Positions 46,739 through 54,329 are shown, numbered from the stretch's first letter. The stretch: 64,000 nucleotides of DNA from a virus (IMGVR_UViG_3300046804_001959), one strand, 5' to 3'. The notes: generated from the sequence alone by a model not told the origin. Program-made: numbers and translations.

Positions 46739-47758
46739 TTACCTCGTCACCGAGGCACTACACTTCGTGCATATATTGTTATAAGCCCGATCGATGGTTT
46801 CTACGTGCTTATCACTGAACCACATCTCACGAATATCTTGTTCAATGATGTTGCCAAACACGTAGTCAAAATTGTAGTCGTTACAGCAGAGAATAGCATC
46901 GCCTCTTGAATTGACGCTCAACCACTCGTAGATCCTATCACCCCAGTTTTGACAACCTACGACCGTACGGTTCTTCATTCGATCTTCCATGTACTTGGCT
47001 TCGCTGATGTAGTCAGCGATGAGACCAGTACGATCGATGAGATCTGATTTCTCAATATCAAAGTTAGGGAACATCTTCGCTGCCAACTCTACCTGCTGTT
47101 GATGTTCACCGGTTCTGATATCAAGATCGATATCTAACTCATCGAACTTCGGACCCTTCTGAAGAGATCCGGTCTTGAAAGATACTTCATCGAGACCGTT
47201 GATGATAAGCTTGACTCTACCTTGAAGCTTGCGTGTAACAGCATGCTTATGTAGGTTCTGAAGATTCGCCATCAAGTCATCGAATCTCTTCTCAGGAAAA
47301 CCAGAGCGCTTCGACCACAGCTCTGCATCAGAGATGATAGGCACGTTGAGGCCGATCTCTTGGATTACAGAAGGAGTATACTTGTTGATGATATCGAGTT
47401 TCTCTGGTGTAAGGTTGACACCGTTACTCAGAATGAACGTCTTCAGACCGTAGTGCTTAGCCAGCTCGAGAAGCTTCTCGAAGTCCTTGTAAAGGAGTAC
47501 TTCGCTGTAGTGAGTAGTCAGAAATAGATCGAACCGCGGACTGACTACTCCGTTGCCGTTTGGAGTGTTCCTTTCAACTATCAGCTTACGGAATATCTTT
47601 TCGACATCCTCGATCGGCATCTGCTGTTTGCCTTCTTCAGGCTGAGGAATGTATCTAACAGGACAATACCAGCACTTGGCATTACAGAACCCAAAGAGGT
47701 CGATAGCCAAACGCTGGATCTGATAGGACTTCAAACGAGAACGAATAAATTGAGACAC
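46739..47758 (-). CDS. Radical SAM enzyme with a C-terminal SPASM-like cysteine cluster
   Basis: CNAKCWYC is CxxxCxxC. The C-terminal CCNDYNFDYVFGN...CTKCS cluster is SPASM/twitch-like. 339 aa. Confidence 0.7.
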   Translation of the reverse strand: MSQFIRSRLKSYQIQRLAIDLFGFCNAKCWYCPVRYIPQPEEGKQQMPIEDVEKIFRKLIVERNTPNGNGVVSPRFDLFLTTHYSEVLLYKDFEKLLELAKHYGLKTFILSNGVNLTPEKLDIINKYTPSVIQEIGLNVPIISDAELWSKRSGFPEKRFDDLMANLQNLHKHAVTRKLQGRVKLIINGLDEVSFKTGSLQKGPKFDELDIDLDIRTGEHQQQVELAAKMFPNFDIEKSDLIDRTGLIADYISEAKYMEDRMKNRTVVGCQNWGDRIYEWLSVNSRGDAILCCNDYNFDYVFGNIIEQDIREMWFSDKHVETIDRAYNNICTKCSASVTR

Positions 47759-47937
47759 ATTTCACCTCACAAAAAACTGTATGTGAGGTATTTATTCTTC
47801 TTTCAAGAACAGCTGGTCTGCAGACAAGAATAGCTCGTCGAACTTCTTGAGCCACATTTCCTTGAATTCAGGGTTCTGTGCACGCTGAGATGCAACCAAA
47901 ACATTCTTCAACCGACGAGCAAGAACAAGATCATATT

Positions 47938-48249
47938 TCATTTTACAACTCCTACCAAAAGAATACCTACGATGAAACTATTTACTGCCAAGAGAGCCTT
48001 ATCGTTCATCTTATGAGCAGCATAGGCCCAGATGCCTGCGCCGATGATCGAGAGGATGAGGTCGATCTGATGATAACCACCAGCGCGAGCACTCGCAGCT
48101 GCGATGACACAAGAGGTGCCGATCCATTTCAGAGCATTAAGCACAGTGAGCGTTCTCCAAAGAAGTGAAACCCCACGAAGCGCAGCGATAGAGGCTACCA
48201 TCTTCGAGTTCGAGGATGTCGCCGACTGACATCGAAGAGCAAGAACCAA
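47938..48249 (-). CDS. Small membrane protein (the annotated start overlaps the neighbour and is uncertain)
   Basis: Hydrophobic helices VIAAASARAGGY...LILSIIGAGIWAYAA and LLAVNSFIVGILLVGVV. It overlaps 48137..48478 by about 110 nt, so one of the two starts is wrong or uses a non-ATG codon. Confidence 0.3.
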   Translation of the reverse strand: MVLALRCQSATSSNSKMVASIAALRGVSLLWRTLTVLNALKWIGTSCVIAAASARAGGYHQIDLILSIIGAGIWAYAAHKMNDKALLAVNSFIVGILLVGVVK

Positions 48250-48478
48250 GACGTTCGACTTCGATGACGCATTCGTCCCAGAGGTTCATGGCACGGAAGG
48301 CTTCTTCCATCTCATCAGTAGCAACGTTGGCGACGTGAGTGTAGTACTGGAAGTTATCGGGATCGAACTTCGAATCGAACGAGCGGCTGAAGAAAGCCTT
48401 CGCTTTCGGGAAAGACTCATCACGGTTGATGGCATCGACTTCAGCATCGGTGAGGCGGATCTGATAAACCTTAATCAT
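48137..48478 (-). CDS. hypothetical protein
   Basis: 113 aa. A promoter motif and a GAAGGAAACG RBS lie upstream. Confidence 0.45.
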   Translation of the reverse strand: MIKVYQIRLTDAEVDAINRDESFPKAKAFFSRSFDSKFDPDNFQYYTHVANVATDEMEEAFRAMNLWDECVIEVERLGSCSSMSVGDILELEDGSLYRCASWGFTSLENAHCA

Positions 48479-48496
48479 TTCTTCGTTTCCTTCTTG

Positions 48497-48546
48497 ATTA
48501 TAGGTTTACCTTATATTGTTTTCGAAATATTGTACACCCTTAAAAC
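48497..48546 (-). promoter_or_regulatory. Promoter: GGGTGTACA-N17-TAAGGT and TATAAT
   Basis: Upstream of 48137..48478. Confidence 0.6.
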
Positions 48547-48548
48547 AC

Positions 48549-48590
48549 AAAAAAACGCACTCAGAACAAGCCTGAGTGCGTTTTTTTTCG
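48549..48590. terminator. Bidirectional rho-independent terminator
   Basis: A7, then CGCACTCAG...CCTGAGTGCG, then T8. A U-run follows the hairpin on either strand. Downstream of the OMP gene. Confidence 0.65.
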
Positions 48591-48601
48591 ATCGTTCAAG
48601 A

Positions 48602-49171
48602 TCAGAACGTATGAGTTACGTTCAGGCCAAGAGCGTCAGAGCGAGTTGTGCCAGTGGTGCGATAGTAGTTAGCACCTACAGCATTACCAGAACCTACATC
48701 GACTGCAAGACCTGCATGCAGACGGTTTTCAGTCAGACGACCGGTTCCTTCGAACGCTTCGCGATGGCGATATCCAGCGGTCAAGGCAACGGGACCATAA
48801 AGCGCGCGCTTCGCCTTTACTGCTCCACCCCAGAAAACAAAGTTTGCACCTTGCTTGAGGTTCTGTCCAATTTCACCATACGCTTCTGTATGGAAACCAA
48901 GAACGTCCGGAAGACGTGGACCTACACGAGCTGCGACCTTCGAGTCAACTGCGCCTTCGCGAGCTGCCTGCTTGGTCTGAAACTCAGCGCCATAATTCAA
49001 GAATGAATTAAGAGGGGCGGAATAGTCGACACGATACTCGGTCGAGTCAGGAGCCCGTCCACCACGAACATCAGCAAAACGAACTTCTGCTGTTACAGTT
49101 CCAGCCATTGCTGGTGCTGCAGAGATAGCAGAGAGAGCCAAAGCCGAAAGTGATAGAATAGTCTTATTCAT
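48602..49171 (-). CDS. Outer-membrane beta-barrel protein (Lom/OmpX/OmpW-like)
   Basis: Signal peptide (ALALSAISAAPAMA). Alternating amphipathic beta-strands, a C-terminal ...THTF aromatic, and Tyr/Gly/Arg-rich girdle residues. 189 aa. Confidence 0.55.
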   Translation of the reverse strand: MNKTILSLSALALSAISAAPAMAGTVTAEVRFADVRGGRAPDSTEYRVDYSAPLNSFLNYGAEFQTKQAAREGAVDSKVAARVGPRLPDVLGFHTEAYGEIGQNLKQGANFVFWGGAVKAKRALYGPVALTAGYRHREAFEGTGRLTENRLHAGLAVDVGSGNAVGANYYRTTGTTRSDALGLNVTHTF

Positions 49172-49235
49172 ATAGTTTTTCCTTGTACTGTTGATCGACG
49201 GTCGATAGGCTCAACCGCCAAAGCCTGCAATCAGA

Positions 49236-49676
49236 TCAGAACTCACGCATAAACTCTCCTGAGCCATGATTATGCCAATGTCCATTGACCTGTATTCTCA
49301 TACTAAGATTTCTACTGGCTCCAAACTCATAGAGCCATGATAGAACTTTTGAATCGATCTGTTTACCTATCTCCCTGACTTCGAGATAGGATCCTCCACT
49401 CCATGGTCTCCAATCACAGATGACTCCTGAAATATCAGGTCGAAGCCATTCCGGAAAGGCGATCCGATCATCAGCGAGCCACGCGCATTGATAACTCTTG
49501 CATGATTCTGGACGAAATTCATAGATTGTGCAGGATTTCCCAAAGAAGTGGCACGGTCTGCCGGGATACATTTCATGACCGCGAATGTTTGAAGTATGCC
49601 AACCTTCACAGCATGCGGTACAATCTCCGCATGACCTATTATTTATATTGGTTGTCATCTGTGCGGTGCCCATCAA
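49236..49676 (-). CDS. YkgJ/UPF0153-like Cys-rich metal-binding protein
   Basis: CGDCTACCEGW is the CxxCxxCC motif. Additional Cys are scattered through the protein. Confidence 0.45.
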   Translation of the reverse strand: MMGTAQMTTNINNRSCGDCTACCEGWHTSNIRGHEMYPGRPCHFFGKSCTIYEFRPESCKSYQCAWLADDRIAFPEWLRPDISGVICDWRPWSGGSYLEVREIGKQIDSKVLSWLYEFGASRNLSMRIQVNGHWHNHGSGEFMREF

Positions 49677-49832
49677 TCTTTACTCTTTGGATAGCGATGA
49701 TGATAGATGTCGTCGAAGTCTTTCCAGATATCATCGTCGACCATACTGCTGAGTTCTTTCATGACGCGATAGCCGAGATAGGAAAGGATCCCTACCACGG
49801 CCACGCTCGCTGCTCCGATGATAAGCGGCTTC

Positions 49833-50474
49833 TTATCCATTGGCTCGCAGCCAGTTTAGGATATTTTCAGGTGAAGTCTCACCGTAAGGATCGGTCTCGC
49901 AGTTGTCTTCGAAGCCCGGCTCGATGAACCACTTCTCGATCTTGCCGTTGTTGACGATGCATGCATAGCGCCACGAACGTTCACCGAAACCGAGGTTGTC
50001 CTTCTGAACTGCCATCTGCATATCACGAGTAAAGCGAACAGAACCGTCAGGGATCATCTTCACCTTCTTGATCTTCTGCTGCTTAGCCCAGCAATTCATC
50101 ACGAAAGCATCGTTGACCGACACACAGACGATGTCGTCGATGCCGAGTTCCTTGAATGCCTTGTAATTTTCTTCAAAGCCAGGAAGTTGATACGTAGAAC
50201 ATGTGGGAGTGAAGGCACCTGGAAGAGAGAAGAGGACTACGCGCTTCTTGGCAAAGTAGTCGAAAGAACTCTTATCTTCCCAACGAAACGGATTCGGGCC
50301 TTCGATCGAATCGTCTCTTACGCGTGTCTTGAATACCACATTAGGCACAACTTCAGGGAGTTCCTGAACCGTGCCGTTTTCAAACTTATGCCAATAGCGC
50401 TTGACTGGAATTGTTTCTGCCATAATATTCTCCATGAATGAAAGCGGAGTGGAAGGATTTGGTTGTACCTTCAT
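49833..50474 (-). CDS. Peroxiredoxin (Prx5-like / AhpC-TSA family). The start is probably internal (MENIMAE or MAETIP).
   Basis: FSLPGAFTPTCS contains the peroxidatic Cys. The thioredoxin fold continues with DDIVCVSVNDAFVMNCWA. Confidence 0.75.
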   Translation of the reverse strand: MKVQPNPSTPLSFMENIMAETIPVKRYWHKFENGTVQELPEVVPNVVFKTRVRDDSIEGPNPFRWEDKSSFDYFAKKRVVLFSLPGAFTPTCSTYQLPGFEENYKAFKELGIDDIVCVSVNDAFVMNCWAKQQKIKKVKMIPDGSVRFTRDMQMAVQKDNLGFGERSWRYACIVNNGKIEKWFIEPGFEDNCETDPYGETSPENILNWLRANG

Positions 50475-50981
50475 GACCTAGCCAATTACCTATCGTAATC
50501 TTCGGTCAACGACTCGTTCGCCGGTTGAGCAGGAGGACCACTCCCCGAGTCTGCCTTACCCCCACTGGCGAGGGTGTTATTCAGCCACACTCCTTACGCC
50601 ACCCGTCGGCAGCGATATCTATGTTGCCCTGCGGGATCCACCCCCGCGTACCAGCCGCATGGCCGGATCTTAGTCTCAATGCACGTATGTCGTGTCCCAG
50701 ATCAAGGGCAAAAACTGGTCGGCAGTTTTGTATCATACCGAGGATACGTGGACTTACAGAGACCGGCATTACCCGTAAAGATATCTCGCCACGTTATGAA
50801 GGCTACTGAGGTGTTGCCGCGCTACTGGCAGTCATTTCGCTCTTTACGTTCCCAGCTTCCCCCATATCGCTGAGTCACCACGGGAACTTCCTTCATCCGT
50901 TTTGTTTTCAACGCACACGCCGACGAACTTAATCCCCTGCCCTAACGTTGGTTCAGCAGACGGTACTGCTTATTCTTAAAC

Positions 50982-51056
50982 TGGCTCCTCGAATAGGATT
51001 CGAACCTATGACCGATCGGTTAACAGCCGATTGCTCTACCGCTGAGCTATCGAGGA
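50982..51056 (-). tRNA. tRNA-Asn (anticodon GTT)
   Basis: Hand-folded cloverleaf. Acceptor TCCTCGA/TCGAGGA, D arm GCTC/GAGC, anticodon loop CTGTTAA, T loop TTCGAAT, CCA encoded. Confidence 0.8.
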
Positions 51057-51077
51057 ATGAAACTCTTTATATTCTGA

Positions 51078-51112
51078 ACCTACATTATATATTAAATAAT
51101 GTACATGGTAAA
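51078..51112 (-). promoter_or_regulatory. Promoter: TGTACA-N17-TAGGTT immediately upstream of tRNA-Asn
   Basis: The motif lies about 20 nt 5-prime of the tRNA 5-prime end. Confidence 0.5.
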
Positions 51113-51222
51113 AGACGCAGTTTTTTACAGAAACCGCCATCCCAAAAACTGGAACCTGCATTATACCCAAGCAGCTTGGATGCTAGCTATCTATTGTCCG
51201 GTATCTCCGACATTTCGATCTT

Positions 51223-51300
51223 TGGTACCCTCGGTAGGATTCGAGCCTACAACCTCTCGCTTCGTAGGCGAGTGCTCTATTCCAGTTGAGCTACGAGGGC
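51223..51300 (-). tRNA. tRNA-Arg (ACG)
   Basis: Hand-folded. Anticodon stem CTCGC/GCGAG, anticodon loop CTACGAA. Confidence 0.75.
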
Positions 51301-51470
51301 ATTAAATGGCCGCCAATCCTTTGCAGGGACTTTAACACATATAGCCAAGATAATTGGTTGGCCGACCCATTTTTCTATATGTGCTGCTAGCCCTCCGGTA
51401 GCGACTAGACGTCTTACGCTTTCCGAACTCTAGCTGTCGTCGAGGATTCGAACCCCAACGGGCGATAAAC

Positions 51471-51545
51471 TGGTACCCGGTGACGGGATTGAACCGCCGA
51501 CCCTCTCGGTGTAAACGAGACGCTCTACCGCTGAGCTAACCGGGC
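51471..51545 (-). tRNA. tRNA-Val (TAC)
   Basis: Hand-folded. Anticodon stem TCTCG/CGAGA, anticodon loop TTTACAC. Confidence 0.75.
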
Positions 51546-51546
51546 A

Positions 51547-51630
51547 TGGTACTCCAAGAGGGACTCGAACCCCCACGCACTAGGCACTAGTTCCTAAGAC
51601 TAGCGTGTCTACCATTCCACCATTGGAGCA
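51547..51630 (-). tRNA. tRNA-Leu (TAG), type II
   Basis: Hand-folded. Anticodon stem CTAGT/ACTAG, loop CTTAGGA. Long variable arm TGCCTAGTGCGTG. Confidence 0.75.
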
Positions 51631-51857
51631 TTCAAAACTTTGGGATCTTGTGTCTTGCTTCTCATAGGTGAGATTTAACGGTTCTACCAGCAGTCCAACA
51701 TTCAGCGGGTTCCCTATTCACTTCGCTTAGTCCCAAACTTGGCTGACCCGTGGGACTCGAACCCACCTTAGCGCTTATATCTTTGCATAATACTCCCGAG
51801 CATACAATGCAAAGACCCCGGGGCGCATTCTCACCTGACTTAGGGCCAATAAACTCA

Positions 51858-51933
51858 TGGTGCCTTCGGAGGGAGTCGAACCCCCGACACGTGGATCTTC
51901 AATCCACTGCTCTACCAACTGAGCTACAAAGGC
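51858..51933 (-). tRNA. tRNA-Phe (GAA)
   Basis: Hand-folded. Anticodon stem GTGGA/TCCAC, loop TTGAAGA. Confidence 0.8.
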
Positions 51934-51959
51934 AAAACTTCTTAGAAGAATGCACTGAT

Positions 51960-52345
51960 TGCCTATTAACACGCATCTTAAGCGGGACTTACATCAATAC
52001 ATTCATCTAAGAAGTCTTAGATCAGGATGAGATTACTCCTGAGTAATGAGAGTCTTTGAGCCGTACCGAATCCCTTGCGAGGATTGTTAACCCGTTATCC
52101 ACTCGAGCTGTCGCCAGTCATCGAGTATCTCTCAGTGCTGCCTTTTTTAGCGTCTGGCGTTTGACGCGTCACATCATGCTATTCGACCATCAATCTTCCG
52201 CCTGCCTTGCGAGCAGTTCGAAGGCGCTAACCTCCTACGTCTTCAATCCAATCAATCACTTCCGCCTTGCGAGCTTCCATGAACCACATTCCTTTCGGTG
52301 TGGTATTAAGCACCTTTCACATGATGCCGGGACAGTCTTTGCGTT
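51960..52345 (-). ncRNA. Candidate structured ncRNA segment A (ORF-free, between tRNA-Phe and the class I TAG tRNA)
   Basis: No credible ORF. Repeated CTTGCGAG hairpin-loop modules, for example AATCC-CTTGCGA-GGATT and CTGC-CTTGCGA-GCAG. Lies inside the tRNA transcription unit. Confidence 0.4.
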
Positions 52346-52349
52346 TTTA

Positions 52350-52425
52350 TGGCGTGCAAAGTTGGGATCGAACCAACTACCTACATATCCTAAAAATGTT
52401 GCTCTACCAGATGAGCTATTTGCAA
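52350..52425 (-). tRNA. Class I tRNA with anticodon TAG (identity undetermined; U1xC72 mismatch)
   Basis: Hand-folded. D arm GCTC ATCTGGTA GAGC, anticodon arm ACATT-TTTAGGA-TATGT, T arm GTTGG TTCGATC CCAAC. Short variable arm despite a Leu-type anticodon. Confidence 0.5.
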
Positions 52426-52429
52426 AGAA

Positions 52430-52885
52430 CCTACCAAGATGTGCTGTCCCTGTCGCTTCACTACCTTTTGAGTAGCAAAATACAACACACCTCATGTCTT
52501 TCGGCTTGCGGCCTAATTAACCATGCTTCGCGGATCCGGTTATCCCTTCTTCGCTTGCATTACTACATCGCCTTTCCTTGCGAGGTCAGACTCTGTAACT
52601 ACCTATTAGTGTACAGCATTCGTTGACTTGGTTTGTTGCAGCTCGGCCACCACAGCCTCTTGGAACTCAGCGACTGCCTCTGTTCCTATCCTTTCGGACT
52701 ACAACTTCAACTTACTGCCTCACGCCATCCTACTGACGCTGAGTTGCTTTCGACCGAGATCGAGTCAACTCACACTTAGGCTTGTATAGATGGACTCTTG
52801 CGAGCGCAGCTGCGTAGGCTTTACTGCTTTGGCCTCCGTTACCGGAAGTTACCCTAATGACGCTATACCGCCATTCGTTATTTTC
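52430..52885 (-). ncRNA. Candidate structured ncRNA segment B (ORF-free, downstream of the promoter motif at 52888..52926)
   Basis: No credible ORF. Further CTTGCGAG / GCTTGCGGC modules. Preceded by a GTGTACA-N17-TAGAGT promoter. Confidence 0.4.
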
Positions 52886-52887
52886 TT

Positions 52888-52926
52888 ACTCTATCAAAGA
52901 ATTCAGATAATGTACACCCTTAAAAC
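52888..52926 (-). promoter_or_regulatory. Promoter: TGTACA-N17-TAGAGT firing into ORF-free segment B and the tRNA cluster
   Basis: Same architecture as the other copies. Confidence 0.55.
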
Positions 52927-52945
52927 GCACATTAGCTAAAATAAT

Positions 52946-53021
52946 TGGTGGAGAATATCGGACTCGAACCGATCACCTCCTGCTTGCAAAGCAGGCGCTC
53001 TCCCAGATGAGCTAATCCCCC
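52946..53021 (-). tRNA. tRNA-Ala (TGC)
   Basis: Hand-folded. Anticodon stem CCTGC/GCAGG, loop TTTGCAA. Confidence 0.8.
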
Positions 53022-53028
53022 ACTAACT

Positions 53029-53103
53029 TGGTGCCGCAGGATGGAATCGAACCACCGACAAGTGGCTTATGAGACCACCGCTCTACCGCTGAGCTACCGC
53101 GAC
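53029..53103 (-). tRNA. tRNA-Met (CAT). The elongator, initiator or Ile-lysidine type is not resolved.
   Basis: Hand-folded. Anticodon stem GTGGT/GCCAC, loop CTCATAA. Confidence 0.75.
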
Positions 53104-53108
53104 GAAAC

Positions 53109-53182
53109 TGGAGCGACCGAAGGGATTCGAACCCTCTCCATCAGCTTGGAAGGCTGAGTCCTCTCCCAGGAGAACGGTCGCA
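53109..53182 (-). tRNA. tRNA-Gly (TCC)
   Basis: Hand-folded. Anticodon stem TCAGC/GCTGA, loop CTTCCAA. Unusual D arm. Confidence 0.7.
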
Positions 53183-53257
53183 TGGTGCCGGTTGTGGGAT
53201 TCGAACTCACGACCTACCGCTTACAAGGCGGTTGCTCTACCACTGAGCTAAACCGGC
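53183..53257 (-). tRNA. tRNA-Thr (TGT)
   Basis: Hand-folded. Anticodon stem ACCGC/GCGGT, loop CTTGTAA. Confidence 0.8.
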
Positions 53258-53262
53258 AAAAA

Positions 53263-53338
53263 TGGTCGGGAAGACAGGGATCGAACCTGCGACCTCGCGG
53301 TCCCAAACCGCGCGCTCTCCCACCTGAGCTACTTCCCG
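53263..53338 (-). tRNA. tRNA-Pro (TGG)
   Basis: Hand-folded. Anticodon stem CGCGG/CCGCG, loop TTTGGGA. Confidence 0.8.
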
Positions 53339-53389
53339 TTGTGGCTTATTATATATACGAGATATTTCAAGCCGCTGAAATTAATTTAC

Positions 53390-53533
53390 TGTCAACCAAC
53401 TTCCACATGATCTGCTCGACGATGTTGGCTTCTTCATCCATGTCTGCTTCAAACAAAGCAGTCTGGAGAGCGCCGACACTGCCATCGACCAGTTCATCAA
53501 AGTACGGTGCATCTTGTTCAAAAACGTTCATAA
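53390..53533 (-). CDS. Small acidic protein (47 aa) embedded in the tRNA cluster
   Basis: Own translation: MNVFEQDAPYFDELVDGSVGALQTALFEADMDEEANIVEQIMWKLVDSK, with an AAGGA RBS. The coordinates are approximate (the ORF was not in the track). Confidence 0.4.
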
Positions 53534-53547
53534 TATATCCTTTACAA

Positions 53548-53623
53548 TGGATGCCCCTTCAGGGATCGAACCTGAACTCTTCGGAATCAAAATCCGACGT
53601 GTTGCCAATTACACCAAGGGGCA
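53548..53623 (-). tRNA. tRNA-Gln (TTG)
   Basis: Hand-folded. Anticodon stem TCGGA/TCCGA, loop TTTTGAT. Confidence 0.8.
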
Positions 53624-53630
53624 ATATAGA

Positions 53631-53716
53631 TGGTGGGTGACCAGGGAATCGAACCCCGTATGTCTTTCGACGCCAGATTTACAGTCTGGTGTAGTCGCCA
53701 ATGCTACTCGTCACCC
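53631..53716 (-). tRNA. tRNA-Tyr (GTA), type II
   Basis: Hand-folded. Anticodon stem CCAGA/TCTGG, loop CTGTAAA. Long variable arm. Confidence 0.75.
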
Positions 53717-53722
53717 AAAACT

Positions 53723-53798
53723 TGGTGGACCCCGTGGGGCTCGAACCCACGACCTACAGGTTAAAAGCCCGTTGCTCTACCTACTGAGCTAGAGGTCC
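53723..53798 (-). tRNA. tRNA-Lys (TTT)
   Basis: Hand-folded. Anticodon stem ACGGG/CCTGT, loop CTTTTAA. Confidence 0.8.
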
Positions 53799-53802
53799 GA
53801 AA

Positions 53803-53878
53803 TGGTAGACGATACAGGGCTCGAACCTGTGACCTAGGGCTTAAGAGGCCCGCGCTCTACCTACTGAGCTAATCGTCC
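53803..53878 (-). tRNA. tRNA-Lys (CTT)
   Basis: Hand-folded. Anticodon loop CTCTTAA. One mismatch at the base of the anticodon stem. Confidence 0.6.
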
Positions 53879-53886
53879 ATTAAACT

Positions 53887-54120
53887 TTAACCGATGTAGA
53901 TCCGATATCCATCAGAATCTACAGGTGCACCGACCGAGCGGCGCTCGATGTAGTACGAATCGATGAATCGATCACCGTCGCGAGTGTACACACCATGGGC
54001 AGTCCGTGCTTCTTCTTCAGAAGCGTACACACCCAGGAGTTCCGAACCTTCGTAGTCGAACTCGCCTAACAGCACAAAAACTTCCATGACAAAATTCCTT
54101 TTCAATCTGTATATTCTCAA
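53887..54120 (-). CDS. hypothetical protein
   Basis: 77-aa ORF between tRNA groups. A promoter motif lies upstream. Confidence 0.4.
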   Translation of the reverse strand: MRIYRLKRNFVMEVFVLLGEFDYEGSELLGVYASEEEARTAHGVYTRDGDRFIDSYYIERRSVGAPVDSDGYRIYIG

Positions 54121-54175
54121 CCTACTACGCAGTAGATAATTTGTACACCCTAAAAACGAACTTTATCGAAAAAAA

Positions 54176-54252
54176 CTGGTAGGGACGGCGGGACTCGAAC
54201 CCGCACTGTGAGGATTTTAAGTCCCCTGACTCTGCCTTTGGCCTACGTCCCC
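54176..54252 (-). tRNA. tRNA-like gene with a Leu (TAA)-type anticodon loop, but a short variable arm and an irregular D arm
   Basis: Hand-folded. Acceptor GGGGACG/CGTCCCT. Anticodon arm GGGGA-CTTAAAA-TCCTC. T arm GCGGG TTCGAGT CCCGC. The D region GGCCAAAGGCAGAGTCA is non-canonical. Confidence 0.45.
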
Positions 54253-54328
54253 ATGGGGTGAAGGAGGAGTTTCGAAATCCCGACCTCTCGGTCCACAACC
54301 GAGCGCTCTGCCTCTGAGCTACCAACAC
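54253..54328 (-). tRNA. tRNA-His (GTG)-like with G-1, two U-U mismatches in the acceptor stem, and a weak T stem
   Basis: Hand-folded. G-GTGTTGG TA GCTC... Anticodon arm CTCGG-TTGTGGA-CCGAG. The 3-prime acceptor strand is CCTTCAC, where CCAACAC would be expected. Confidence 0.5.
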
Positions 54329-54329
54329 C

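Noticed and set aside
50525-50873. Plus-strand ORFs of 94 and 99 aa and a minus ORF of 62 aa in the GC-rich block
   Set aside because: No RBS. They overlap one another in different frames, and their amino-acid composition (Arg/Pro/Cys-rich) is typical of GC-rich non-coding DNA.
50475-50960. tmRNA or RNase P RNA in the GC-rich block
   Set aside because: No GGGGCUGAUUCUGGAUUCGACGGG-type 5-prime end, no T-arm-like GGTTCGA, and no P4 AGGAAAGUCCGGGCUCC motif on either strand.
52056-52626. ORFs 52056..52475 +, 52267..52626 + and 52256..52495 -
   Set aside because: They overlap each other, lack an RBS, and lie in the motif-rich region interpreted as ncRNA. No protein motif was recognisable.
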